Under the pieces are notes generated by a model. The model saw only the letters and a list, made by a program, of their open reading frames with translations, was not told the origin of the DNA and did not search any database. Position numbers and translations under genes: made by a program. A stretch of DNA of 60,478 nt, counting the filler. It is 7 parts of 7 records of this genome, joined end to end, with 100 filler letters (N's around TTAATTAATTAA, not from the genome) between each part and the next. Parts side by side here need not be neighbours in the genome. Positions count along the whole stretch, not along the records: positions 18,900 to 28,493 come from SRR31156797_16185; positions 28,594 to 48,447 come from SRR31156797_16208; 5 more parts are not named here. The stretch is one strand, 5' to 3'. Positions within the stretch are counted from its first letter, which is position 1. Every line of letters begins with the position of its first letter. This document shows, in pieces, positions 19,354 through 28,791 of the stretch.

Positions 19354-20340
19354 GTGCAATATTTATTGCATAGAAATATCATATCCTCGTCAGAGGTGGT
19401 TGAACGCGGCGTCCAATTATCAGGTGATATACGTGAACGTTCTGTTTTGCAGACTCTTGCCATAGGGGGAGTGCCAGCCTACGTCGTCAAGCAGGCCCGG
19501 GCAGCAGAAACCATGGTAAATATCCATCAGGAATTAAAAGTCTACTCCTGCCTTGAAAAAATACCAGAATTGGATGGCAGTATTCCACCACTGATAGCAG
19601 CAGATGTGGACAGGGGACTGCTGGTGCTTGGCTGGGTAGGAACTGCTGATTTGCAGTATTCTCATATGCCAAAAGATGAAATGTCCAGTATGCTCGGAGC
19701 TTTGACGGGCCAGCTGCATTTTTTAACCAGGGAAGTCGCCGGTCTTAGCGGTATAAGTGAAAGGCCATGGGTATTGTCTTGCCTTGGAAAGAATCCTCGA
19801 TGGCTCCCTGAAGAGTTACCTGAGGTCATAGGACGTGCCTCAAGAGTTGACCTGTTGGAAACTGGATTGCTATATGGGGAGAAGGGCTGGAAGCCGGATG
19901 CTCTTATCCATGGTGACTTGAAGCAAGAGCATTGCCTGCTGGTTGACAATGATGCACAGATTGAACTTTGTCTCATTGATTGGGAACTGGCAGGCTATGG
20001 TGATTCAGCCTGGGATGTAGGCAGTATAATCAGTGACATCCTGTTTGATCGAGGGTATGAGGCGAGTGGTGGTGGATATAGTGCCGCCGAAATCATTGAA
20101 GAGGGAGACATAGGCAATTTTTTCCGTCTCTATAGTCAGCATTGTATGGTAGACAGTGACTTTTTGTACAGGGTAGCATTATTTACCGGCGCTCGCCTCC
20201 TGCAGACAAGTATGGAGTCTGCCGCAGCGTATGGAATGGGAGCATCATCTGGAGTCGACATGCTTGTGTCCATGGCAGAACAAATTTTCAGCGATCCCCA
20301 AGCGTTTGCCCAACTGCTCAGTTATGGAGCAACAGTATGA
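19354..20340 (+). CDS. APH/choline-kinase-fold phosphotransferase, putative LanK-type Ser/Thr kinase
   Basis: YVVKQ (ATP Lys), LIHGDLK, LIDWELAGYGDSAWDVG; ATGA overlap with next gene; true start may be slightly upstream. Confidence 0.85.
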   Translation: MQYLLHRNIISSSEVVERGVQLSGDIRERSVLQTLAIGGVPAYVVKQARAAETMVNIHQELKVYSCLEKIPELDGSIPPLIAADVDRGLLVLGWVGTADLQYSHMPKDEMSSMLGALTGQLHFLTREVAGLSGISERPWVLSCLGKNPRWLPEELPEVIGRASRVDLLETGLLYGEKGWKPDALIHGDLKQEHCLLVDNDAQIELCLIDWELAGYGDSAWDVGSIISDILFDRGYEASGGGYSAAEIIEEGDIGNFFRLYSQHCMVDSDFLYRVALFTGARLLQTSMESAAAYGMGASSGVDMLVSMAEQIFSDPQAFAQLLSYGATV

Positions 20341-21293
20341 GTAGGCAAGCGGGGCGGCTGGATGACCAGGATCAACTGGGTAAAGCACTGATAAAGGCTA
20401 TTGCGTCGGTTGTTCAGCGCTACGGAAATGGCCCGCTTTCAGCGAACAAAGAAGAAAAACAAAAATTGATCAATTTGCTGTATCAATTTTGGTACACTCG
20501 TTCCGAGGGAGAGAAAGATTATCAGTCTTTCTCCCACCCTTTTTGGGATCAGATTTATCGAACTATGCACCAGGGAACCTACCAATGGGAAACCGGGTGG
20601 AAGGTCGATAAAGTTTCCTCAGCGGGAAGAGTTCAGGCTTTTTTGGGTGATGAGGTGCGATTGCTTGATCCTGGCGATTACATCTCTTTGTCTCATCCAG
20701 GATCAATGCCGGCTCCGGGGACTGAGATCGAGGTTGTAGCCCGCCGGGAAGCAACAGAGCCGCAAGAGGGGTTTTGGATCACCCATTCTACTGCCTGGAG
20801 CGGAGTGCAGCCTGTAATAGTTCGTCTTTATTGGAACACTTCTCCAGAGGGCGCTGCCTGTCTTGTTGAACAGATCACTCGATTTATTCCAGATAGCATT
20901 CCTTATAGTTTGAAACTGCCTGTTGATGGAGCTGGTTTCCAGCGTGCAGATGCTGCTGTATTCTACTTTCAGGGAAGTTTTTTTTCCCAGCTGCGACCAC
21001 TGCTGCATGCTGTCCATCGAACCATGCAACCGTATCTCTGGCCTGAGGTACCGGGATTAACCAAAGAGTGTGAACCCGGATTGGGTTTGGCTGAAGATCC
21101 TCTTGAAGAGTTTGAAAGTTTTGGTTTGCATCGCTGTCGTTTGATTGCCGAAGGCGTGCTGTCAGCAACGGCATCTGACTGGCACGACCTGCAGGAGGTC
21201 GGTGCGGTCGTGAAGGCATATTTAGCAACAGCAGGGCTTGATCCTGATCGCCCCTACCTTAACCTCTATGCCAGGACAGATTATGACTGGTAG
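20337..21293 (+). CDS. HopA1-like domain protein, putative LanY-type phosphoSer/Thr lyase
   Basis: VRLYWN, YSLK, RADAAVFY, GLGLAEDP, ESFGLHRCRLIAEG, GLDPDRPYLN pattern of the HopA1 family. Confidence 0.85.
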   Translation: MSRQAGRLDDQDQLGKALIKAIASVVQRYGNGPLSANKEEKQKLINLLYQFWYTRSEGEKDYQSFSHPFWDQIYRTMHQGTYQWETGWKVDKVSSAGRVQAFLGDEVRLLDPGDYISLSHPGSMPAPGTEIEVVARREATEPQEGFWITHSTAWSGVQPVIVRLYWNTSPEGAACLVEQITRFIPDSIPYSLKLPVDGAGFQRADAAVFYFQGSFFSQLRPLLHAVHRTMQPYLWPEVPGLTKECEPGLGLAEDPLEEFESFGLHRCRLIAEGVLSATASDWHDLQEVGAVVKAYLATAGLDPDRPYLNLYARTDYDW

Positions 21294-22638
21294 AACCAAA
21301 TTCCGGCAGCACGTAGTGCAAAGTAATATGAAAGAGCGCGCGTCCTTTTCGAACCTGCGCACTGCAGAAAAGATCGGGCAGCGTCTGGTGCACTCCGCTG
21401 TCTGGCACGATGGGCGGTGTACTTGGACCGGCGATGATGTCAAGCTGATCAACGATGAGTGGCTGGTTATTCATCAAACTGTCGATCCTTATCTTTATTC
21501 TGGTACTGCTGGTATTGCATGGTTTCTTACACTCTGTCATGAGGAAACACATGGTAAGGGGATGAGACGGGCTGCCATCGGTGCAGTTCGACAATCATTG
21601 GCCCTTTTAGAACTTCACGATAACTCTGATTCGTCGTTGGGCTTATATGATGGATTAACAGGGATTGCCCTTGTGGCCTTTGCTGCAGGCCGTCGACTTA
21701 ATGAGCCTCCACTTATTACTGCTGCTCAATTACTTGTCAAAAAGATCAGTGACCGTGTAGAGGCAGAGCAAATAGGCAATGCTGTTGATTTTATTTCCGG
21801 GGCAGCTGGCATTATTACGGGACTTTTACAGATTGCCGGAGAAACCAACGATCGGTCTCTTTACAGGCTGTGTGAAAAAGTGGCGGACCAGTTGTTGAAG
21901 AAGGCACATCACACGAGTTGTGGTATGTATTGGCCCGAAGAAGGACTGCAACGTAACGATATCGGACTATGCGGCATGGCCCATGGCATTTCCGGTGTTG
22001 CCTATGCTCTCATGGAGTTGGCTGCTGTTACCGGTAATGAGTTATATCTGAGGGCTGCTGCCCAGAGTTTATTGTATGAGCGAAGCTGGTTTCATTGTGG
22101 TGAGATTAACTGGCCAGATAATCGTGGCTCCGATGAGACGCAAACATCTGCTGTGGAGCAGGAACTCGTTTATCCAATATATTGGTGTCATGGTGCGGCA
22201 GGGGTAGGGTTAGCCAGGCTGCGCGCCTATCAGTTGACAAGTGATCCGCTTTATCTGGCTGAGGCGACGGCCGCACTGTATGCAAGCTCTCGTTATGCAA
22301 AGCGAATCCTTACTGAGACCAGAAATAAACGACAGCTGTCGCACGATGTCAACATGAGTGTCTGCCATGGTCTTGGCAGCATCATTGAATTGTTTGTATA
22401 TGCATCAACTGTACTGGGAAATGACGAATTCTATCGCCGAGCATGCTCCATCGGTGCGTTTAGTGCCAGAGCTTCGGCCAGGGAACAGGGGAAATGGCGG
22501 TGTGGGATTCAGGATGGTGGGGAGGCGCCTGGATTGATGCTGGGACTGGCAGGTATTGGTTGTACTTTTCTCCAACTTCACAATCCTTCAGGGTTGCGAC
22601 CGGTTGGTCTGATGAACCTCGGCACTGCTTATTGCTAG
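21283..22638 (+). CDS. Stand-alone LanC-like lanthionine cyclase
   Basis: Seven GxxG repeats (LYSGTAG, LYDGLTG, ISGAAG, GMAHGISG, WCHGAAG, CHGLGS, LMLGLAG); Zn ligands in WCHG and CHG and catalytic His of AHG intact; ATG at 21283 overlaps the lyase stop. Confidence 0.9.
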   Translation: MTGRTKFRQHVVQSNMKERASFSNLRTAEKIGQRLVHSAVWHDGRCTWTGDDVKLINDEWLVIHQTVDPYLYSGTAGIAWFLTLCHEETHGKGMRRAAIGAVRQSLALLELHDNSDSSLGLYDGLTGIALVAFAAGRRLNEPPLITAAQLLVKKISDRVEAEQIGNAVDFISGAAGIITGLLQIAGETNDRSLYRLCEKVADQLLKKAHHTSCGMYWPEEGLQRNDIGLCGMAHGISGVAYALMELAAVTGNELYLRAAAQSLLYERSWFHCGEINWPDNRGSDETQTSAVEQELVYPIYWCHGAAGVGLARLRAYQLTSDPLYLAEATAALYASSRYAKRILTETRNKRQLSHDVNMSVCHGLGSIIELFVYASTVLGNDEFYRRACSIGAFSARASAREQGKWRCGIQDGGEAPGLMLGLAGIGCTFLQLHNPSGLRPVGLMNLGTAYC

Positions 22639-22905
22639 CCATTTCAGAGAGAATCTGGAATTGCATGAAAAAACGCTGTTAGGTATTGGGTGGAAATAAC
22701 GGTTGTCCATCATTCATATTTGGATACCGGAGTTTTCGCTAACCTCCGAAGATAAGATTTGGAGTGAACCTCCAAGATTGGAAGAAAAAACAAATTTCTA
22801 AGGTGGCCTTAACCAATAGCGTCTACATTAGACGCAGGCTCGGATTAGTAATTCAGCGCACATTCACCATAAATATCACTTCCAGCGTAAGAAGGGCTTT
22901 TAAAA

Positions 22906-23754
22906 ATGACTCGACCGCAATTTGTCTCTGTTCATGGTGGTCACAGTGGCCAGTTCTGCAACCATGCCCAGGATTCCCTTGAGGAGATCGTCAAAAAATA
23001 TATCGAGTTTGGTTACAGCTGGGTCGGCATTACAGAGCATGTTCCTGCTATTAATGATGCATTTCTTTATCCTGACGAAGAAGAAGCTGGGCTTTCTGCG
23101 AGCATTCTGAGTAGACGATTTGGAACCTATATCGAAGAGTGTAGACGACTACAAGTCAAATATGCTGATCAGATTTCACTTTATTGTGCAATGGAGATTG
23201 AAACCTATTCTGGTTACGATTCATTTGTTCCTTATCTTTTAGAAACGCATCGACCTGATTATATTGTTGGGTCAATCCACCATGTCGATGACATGGGATT
23301 TGATTATTCAAAAACAAATTATGATAAAACAGCGGAAGCTGTCGGTGGGTATGATAGTTTATACTGCCGGTATTTTGATCAACAATTTGAGATGCTCAAA
23401 CGGTTTAAGCCCTCAGTTGTAGGACACTTTGACCTGATTCGTATCTATGACCCTGACTATAAGAATCGCTTTGAAAAATTGGAAATTAAAAATCGGATCA
23501 TCCGAAATCTTGAACTTGTAAAAAAGTTTGATCTTATTTTGGATTTCAATGTTCGCGCATTATTAAAGGGTGCTGATGAGCCCTATATAACAACTTCAAT
23601 TCTACATCTCGCCCGTGAAATGAACATCTCTGTTGTCCCTGGTGATGATTCCCATGCCATTAAAGATGTACACCAAAATATGGAACAGGCAATAGCATTG
23701 CTCCAAAAAGCTGGTTTCAGTCTACATTGGCCTCAACCAAAGCTTTACCAATAA
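22906..23754 (+). CDS. PHP-family histidinol-phosphatase (HisJ/HisK type)
   Basis: HGGHS..FCNHA, GITEH, DYIVGSIHH, GHFDLI, GDDSH. Confidence 0.85.
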   Translation: MTRPQFVSVHGGHSGQFCNHAQDSLEEIVKKYIEFGYSWVGITEHVPAINDAFLYPDEEEAGLSASILSRRFGTYIEECRRLQVKYADQISLYCAMEIETYSGYDSFVPYLLETHRPDYIVGSIHHVDDMGFDYSKTNYDKTAEAVGGYDSLYCRYFDQQFEMLKRFKPSVVGHFDLIRIYDPDYKNRFEKLEIKNRIIRNLELVKKFDLILDFNVRALLKGADEPYITTSILHLAREMNISVVPGDDSHAIKDVHQNMEQAIALLQKAGFSLHWPQPKLYQ

Positions 23755-23818
23755 CCGACTTCACCCTGGCTACGTGGAGAAGTATTACAGCCCCCCTCTA
23801 TAGCTCTCCACATGTTGT

Positions 23819-26122
23819 TTACCTTTTAAATTTCATTTCCTTTCCAGGTTTGCCGTTATCATCTTGTAGAAGTTTGTGTTTTGGATTAGGGCATTTCCAG
23901 TAAAAAAAGGAAGCGTTTTTTGCTGATTGAATCCGTCTTATCTGTTCGTCACACTTTTCATGGGGGCAGGGGGCTTTCGGAGCATTGGGATCGATCATGA
24001 GTTTTCCAGGTTTGCCGTTATCGTCGAGGAGAAGCGGACATCCCTTTTTTTTTCCAGTTGAACAAGCCCAGAAATAATATCCAGGTCTATTGTTACTTTC
24101 CAATCGCATTAAAAAACCGTCTTTGCAGTGAGGGCAAGTCGGGCCAGACGTGGGACGTTCTGAAAATGCGGCACCTGGGGCACCATTATTGTCGGATCTG
24201 GGGGGACAGTTTATTTCTCGTCCGTTGGAACATATCCAGAAAAGTTTTCCTTTGGCTTTTTTCGACTCCATTTGCATCAAATACCCATCGCAAAGGGGGC
24301 AAGCGTATTGTTTGCCGGTGATGAGTTCTGAGAACTGTGTGGCTAAAGCATACTGGACCATTTTGGTCATGCGTCGTGTAAGCTCCTCTAAAAACTCATT
24401 TTTGCCAAGGTTACCTTCACACACCCTATCAAGGGCATCCTCCCAAATTGCGGTCATACCCGGAGATTTGAGGGTAGGATGCATTTTGTCGATTATCTCA
24501 CGACCCCGCTCGGTAGAAATCAGAGATTTACCCTTTTTTTTGAGATACTCTCGTTTTTGCAATTCAGCGATGATGTTTGTCCTGGTTGCAGGTGTGCCGA
24601 TTCCGGAATTCTCTTTGAGCCGGGCTTTGATGACCGGATCGTCAACATATTTATGGACTTGGGTCATCGCAACTTGTAGAGATGCTTCACTAAATCGTGA
24701 TAAAGGCTTAGTAACTTTTTGCTCTTTATCTATTTTTTCTATTGCTGCCGGGTCCCCTTTTGTAACTTTTGGAAGGGGTTTATCTTTTGTCTGTTGGTCA
24801 TTGAGTGTCATCCAGCCGGGATCTTTGACCGTAATTCCTTTGGCTCGCCAATGTTCATCAAGACAATCGACTAAAATGTTGGTGGAGTAGTATTGATAGT
24901 CTGGGAAAAACTGCTTCAAAAACCGGATTGCGACCAGCTTGTATATATTTTGTTCTTCCTCTGTTAAATCCCTGGGAATTACTTCTGTCGGAATAATGCC
25001 GTGATGAGCCTCTGCCCCCTGTTTTTTAGTATTCCAGGCGGGGGAGCACAGTGACGGATTCGCTAAGTCGGCACCGGCAATACCTTGCTTGGTCAGTGCT
25101 GCGATAACCCGCGGTGCATCCTCGTGCATTTCATCGGGCAGGTATCTGCACTCGGTTCTCATGTACGTGAGACACTTCTTTTTTTCATACAGTCCCTGAC
25201 CAATTTCCAAGGTCTGTTTCGGGGCATACCCGAATTTATCTTCAGCCTTTTTTTGCAGATCTGACAGCATAAAGGGAAGTGGAGGACTCTTTTTTTTCAG
25301 CGTCTGTTTTCGATCTTTGATGATCCCAGAGCTGGCAGTCAGTCGTTCAATGAGCTGGTTTGCTGCTTTTTCATCGACGAGACGGCCTTCCGGGTCGACT
25401 CCCCTTGCAAGCTCTCCTGGTTCCCAGGTAGCTATAAAATTTCCGTTTTGGTGGTTAACCGTGGCTTTTAATAACCAATACGGTTTTTTAACAAATTGTT
25501 CAATTTCCCGGTCACGGTCGACAACCAAAGAAAGGGTCGGCGTCTGGACTCTTCCTGCCGAGAGAACCGTGCCTCTGGTTCTGGCGGCAAGGGTTAATCC
25601 TCGCGTAACATTTAACCCTACAAGCCAGTCTGCATTCGCCCTGCAGATAGCCGCATTTTTGATATTTAAAAATTCCTGGTTGTCACGTAATTTTTGAAAC
25701 CCTTTTGCAATGGTTCGTTTATCGAGAGCCGATATCCATAGTCTCTTAGCCGGCCCTGTATATTCAAGGTAATCGAGAACTTCATCGACAATTAATTGTC
25801 CTTCTCTTTCTGGGTCACCGGCATTAATGACGTCAGTTGCTTTGTTAAGCAGATACCTGATAATGGTTAGCTGTTTTTGTGTTCTTGCAATGGGCTCTTT
25901 TATCCATTTTTGGGGAATTATGGGTAAATCTTCTGCTCGCCATTGTCTATATTTCTCATCATAAATATGCGGCTGGGCTTGTTCTAGGATATGGCCTACA
26001 CACCAAGTGCAGACGACATTTTGTTTGCAGTTGATAAATCCATCCCCTTGGTGAGCAATACCAAAATAGTGAGCAAGGTCCCTGGCAACGGATGGCTTTT
26101 CAGCAATTAAGAGTGTGGTCAT
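23819..26122 (-). CDS. topB: DNA topoisomerase III with C-terminal Zn-ribbon repeats
   Basis: IAEKPSVA TOPRIM, AGDPEREGQ, SAGRVQTPTL, LTYMRTE (catalytic Tyr), GIGTPATR; three Cys-rich repeats ending DxNGxPG. Confidence 0.92.
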   Translation of the reverse strand: MTTLLIAEKPSVARDLAHYFGIAHQGDGFINCKQNVVCTWCVGHILEQAQPHIYDEKYRQWRAEDLPIIPQKWIKEPIARTQKQLTIIRYLLNKATDVINAGDPEREGQLIVDEVLDYLEYTGPAKRLWISALDKRTIAKGFQKLRDNQEFLNIKNAAICRANADWLVGLNVTRGLTLAARTRGTVLSAGRVQTPTLSLVVDRDREIEQFVKKPYWLLKATVNHQNGNFIATWEPGELARGVDPEGRLVDEKAANQLIERLTASSGIIKDRKQTLKKKSPPLPFMLSDLQKKAEDKFGYAPKQTLEIGQGLYEKKKCLTYMRTECRYLPDEMHEDAPRVIAALTKQGIAGADLANPSLCSPAWNTKKQGAEAHHGIIPTEVIPRDLTEEEQNIYKLVAIRFLKQFFPDYQYYSTNILVDCLDEHWRAKGITVKDPGWMTLNDQQTKDKPLPKVTKGDPAAIEKIDKEQKVTKPLSRFSEASLQVAMTQVHKYVDDPVIKARLKENSGIGTPATRTNIIAELQKREYLKKKGKSLISTERGREIIDKMHPTLKSPGMTAIWEDALDRVCEGNLGKNEFLEELTRRMTKMVQYALATQFSELITGKQYACPLCDGYLMQMESKKAKGKLFWICSNGREINCPPRSDNNGAPGAAFSERPTSGPTCPHCKDGFLMRLESNNRPGYYFWACSTGKKKGCPLLLDDNGKPGKLMIDPNAPKAPCPHEKCDEQIRRIQSAKNASFFYWKCPNPKHKLLQDDNGKPGKEMKFKR

Positions 26123-26604
26123 AAAATAAAGCGAGTCGTAAATAGTATTCTTACTGGAATCGTCCTTGATACAGGTACTGTGATAAAGATGCCAGCATTT
26201 TTCATAAAAGAATGGAGGAGCTGTCGGCTGACTAACGATACAATCAAATTTTTGGATTTGGATAGCATCACCAATATCTCCGTTGAGATGTTCCTGCGTG
26301 GAGATTATCCGACTTCGTATATATCCGAGTCGATCTCACTCCATCACTCTCCCTCCCCTTTGGGGGGGAAATGACAACCAAAATAGCAATTATTTTAAAT
26401 GCAGCTTCTTTCTGTACATTTTTGCGTACCATACCTTCCAGGGAATATGGGGTATCAAATTGTTTTTTTAGAATAAATACTTTCGTAAGGTTGGGTCGAG
26501 AAGAAGTTGCAAGAAATTAGCGGTTAACCGCATTGATATCACAGGGCAATCCATCACTGACAGCATGATGGTGGAGGAGAAAAGTGTGGGGTGAAAGAGA
26601 AGAA

Positions 26605-26632
26605 GCAAAGCGCCACCATGGTGACGCTTTGC
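26605..26632 (-). terminator. Terminator-like hairpin after the peptidase gene
   Basis: GCAAAGCG-CCACC/GGTG-ACGCTTTGC stem with T-rich tail on the minus strand. Confidence 0.6.
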
Positions 26633-26643
26633 GTAGCACTTAA

Positions 26644-28392
26644 TTATTTTGCCTGAGGTTTATTGTAGGTTGTAGGACCATTCACCCAGGAAGTGGTTTT
26701 TAACCATTCCTGCGGGTAACCAACTTTGTGGTTTAATTCTCCAGGGTAATTCATCCCGCCATCAGCGTATTTTACGATGAGCCTATCTGCAAAGTTCTGC
26801 CAGGTTTCAAATACGTTTTGTGCTGTATTTACGCTGAACTCTGTGAGGTAGGCAGTGGCAGCTGCAGGGTTCTGGTTAAAGAGAGAAAGGGCCTCTTTAT
26901 CTGCTTGGGCGACTGCTTGAAAATGTTTTTTTTCAAGCGGATCACGCACATCAACGATGTCCTGATGTACTCCCGAATAGTTGATGGCAGCCCAATTCTC
27001 GACAAAATTAAAAGCCCAAAAGGCGGAATCTCTGGTGTAATACCTGGGGTCAGCAGTAGAATATGGTTCTGCAACTTTTGTAGCTCCCACATAGAAAGGC
27101 GTATAAGCTGTTTCCGAAGGCTTTGACAGGCCAAACCAGAGAAGACCGCCGATCGCATCTGGCAACCAAGAGCGACCCTCGCAGATAAAGGAATAGGTGC
27201 AGTAATATACCGAGAGTGGGCGCTGCCATGCCCCATCATGGTGTGCCTTTGGATCTGCCACATCACCTGCCGATTCATAAGGGCCCAGGTAACGATATGG
27301 CACTCCAAATGGACCGGAAGCAACGCCTTTGGTCATGTCGAACTCAGTTCCCTCATAATGGTCACGAAGTAAATGCAGTACCTCATGGCGCGTTACTTTA
27401 TGATCCGGGGTAATGGTTAATGGGTAGTCTCTGGTATATCCATCCTTGACCCAGGGGCTGAGATTCATTGAAGGCGCAAGCCTATCCATTACGCGCCATA
27501 CCCTGCGTAAAGAGTAATAAGGGTGATTGTATTCGCCAAGGCTCGCTGCACGGAGCCAGTCTAGCTGGCCATCTTCCTGTTTCCACCAGCCTTTTTCCTG
27601 GGCGACCTTATGCAGATTGGGGCTAAATAATTGATCAGGATTATTTGGATCAATGTCGCGGATGCGGAGCTCATTAGCACTCACCACCATCTCACCATCG
27701 GGTATTCTTTGGGCTACCCACAAGCCGCCAAAGGTGTCATCGCCGGGAATCATTTCAATCAACCAACCTTCTTTGGGGTCAGCAACCGGCAGCGTCTCGC
27801 CGGTTCCATGGAACCCATAGGTGTCGATTAAATGGCCTATCAGCTCAACTGCTTCACGGGCAGTTTTACATCTCTCTAACGCTACACGAGCAAGTTCCGC
27901 ACTATAAAAAAGGTGCTTGGGAGAGGGTTTTACATTACCCAATTTGGTTCCATTGGTACACTCACCGAACATAAGCTGATGTTCGTTCATAATACCGTAG
28001 TTGCCATCATAATATGCATATGTGTGCGCAACCTGAGGGATGAAACCAACAGGCTTTGATTGCGGAACTTGCGCATTCACGTACCCTGGCCCCCGGTCTT
28101 TGCCGGTATAGCGGCGAAAGACAAAACTGCCGTATTCTGGTAATTCCCCAATGGAAGTTGCATCAAAATAAACTGGGCGCATGGAGCCAGGCTGGTGGTC
28201 TGCAGCAGGGACGTAAATAAGGCGTGGGTCGTTTAAGTGACCATCATCACTATGGCCGACATACATAGCTCCACTCTTTGTGGCTCCAGGTGTAATAATA
28301 AAGGTGGTACAGGCCAGTGATTGAGAAGTAAACAGCAGACTTGTAACCAGGGTTGTAGCGATGTGCCATTTTTTCACCATGTGCTTCCTCAT
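26644..28392 (-). CDS. Secreted peptidase C69 family dipeptidase (Ntn-hydrolase)
   Basis: Signal peptide ending SLA then CTTF N-terminal nucleophile; IMNEHQL, LERCKTAREA, ANELRI, RRVWR, LRDHYEGTEFD. Confidence 0.88.
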   Translation of the reverse strand: MRKHMVKKWHIATTLVTSLLFTSQSLACTTFIITPGATKSGAMYVGHSDDGHLNDPRLIYVPAADHQPGSMRPVYFDATSIGELPEYGSFVFRRYTGKDRGPGYVNAQVPQSKPVGFIPQVAHTYAYYDGNYGIMNEHQLMFGECTNGTKLGNVKPSPKHLFYSAELARVALERCKTAREAVELIGHLIDTYGFHGTGETLPVADPKEGWLIEMIPGDDTFGGLWVAQRIPDGEMVVSANELRIRDIDPNNPDQLFSPNLHKVAQEKGWWKQEDGQLDWLRAASLGEYNHPYYSLRRVWRVMDRLAPSMNLSPWVKDGYTRDYPLTITPDHKVTRHEVLHLLRDHYEGTEFDMTKGVASGPFGVPYRYLGPYESAGDVADPKAHHDGAWQRPLSVYYCTYSFICEGRSWLPDAIGGLLWFGLSKPSETAYTPFYVGATKVAEPYSTADPRYYTRDSAFWAFNFVENWAAINYSGVHQDIVDVRDPLEKKHFQAVAQADKEALSLFNQNPAAATAYLTEFSVNTAQNVFETWQNFADRLIVKYADGGMNYPGELNHKVGYPQEWLKTTSWVNGPTTYNKPQAK

Positions 28393-28493
28393 GCAGATAT
28401 CCTATTAATTGATATTTTGTAACCATTGCGCGAATAAAAAAAACTCGCCTTAACCTCGAGCTATAACTGTTCAGGAGTGCTCCAGATGCGTAC

Positions 28494-28593
28494 NNNNNNN
28501 NNNNNNNNNNNNNNNNNNNNNNNNNNNNNNNNNNNNNTTAATTAATTAANNNNNNNNNNNNNNNNNNNNNNNNNNNNNNNNNNNNNNNNNNNN
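28494..28593. other. Artificial contig spacer
   Basis: N run with TTAATTAATTAA. Confidence 0.98.
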
Positions 28594-28622
28594 CGCGAGT
28601 TCGAGTCTCGTCCAGACCGCCA
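28594..28622 (+). tRNA. 3' fragment of a tRNA, probably tRNA-Asp
   Basis: GCGAG-TTCGAGT-CTCGT T-arm, acceptor strand CCAGACC, discriminator G and CCA; anticodon not visible, so identity is inferred. Confidence 0.75.
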
Positions 28623-28632
28623 AAAATGACAC

Positions 28633-28665
28633 AAGAGCTTCTGATTTATCGGGAGCTCTTTTTTT
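28633..28665 (+). terminator. Rho-independent terminator after the tRNA
   Basis: AAGAGCTTCTGAT/ATCGGGAGCTCTT stem plus T tract. Confidence 0.8.
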
Positions 28666-28791
28666 ATGTAGCAACCGTGGGTTGCGAGACCCATAGAAGA
28701 GATAATTATATATTTTAACTAATTCTATGAGGATCCTTGCGAAACGAAGTCCAAAAACAGCTTTTATCTACATCCCAAAGCAAATGGTATT

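Noticed and set aside
24058-25697. Long antisense ORFs inside topB, and similar antisense ORFs in other genes
   Set aside because: Fully overlap well-supported genes on the opposite strand and carry no motifs of their own.
23819-26122. topB as marker of an ICE or plasmid carrying the RiPP cluster
   Set aside because: No relaxase, T4SS, integrase or att site in the contig; neighbours look chromosomal.
26644-28392. C69 peptidase as the maturation protease of the lanthipeptide-like cluster
   Set aside because: Opposite strand, about 4 kb away, separated by the PHP phosphatase and topB; C69 enzymes are dipeptidases/exopeptidases and nothing links it to the cluster.
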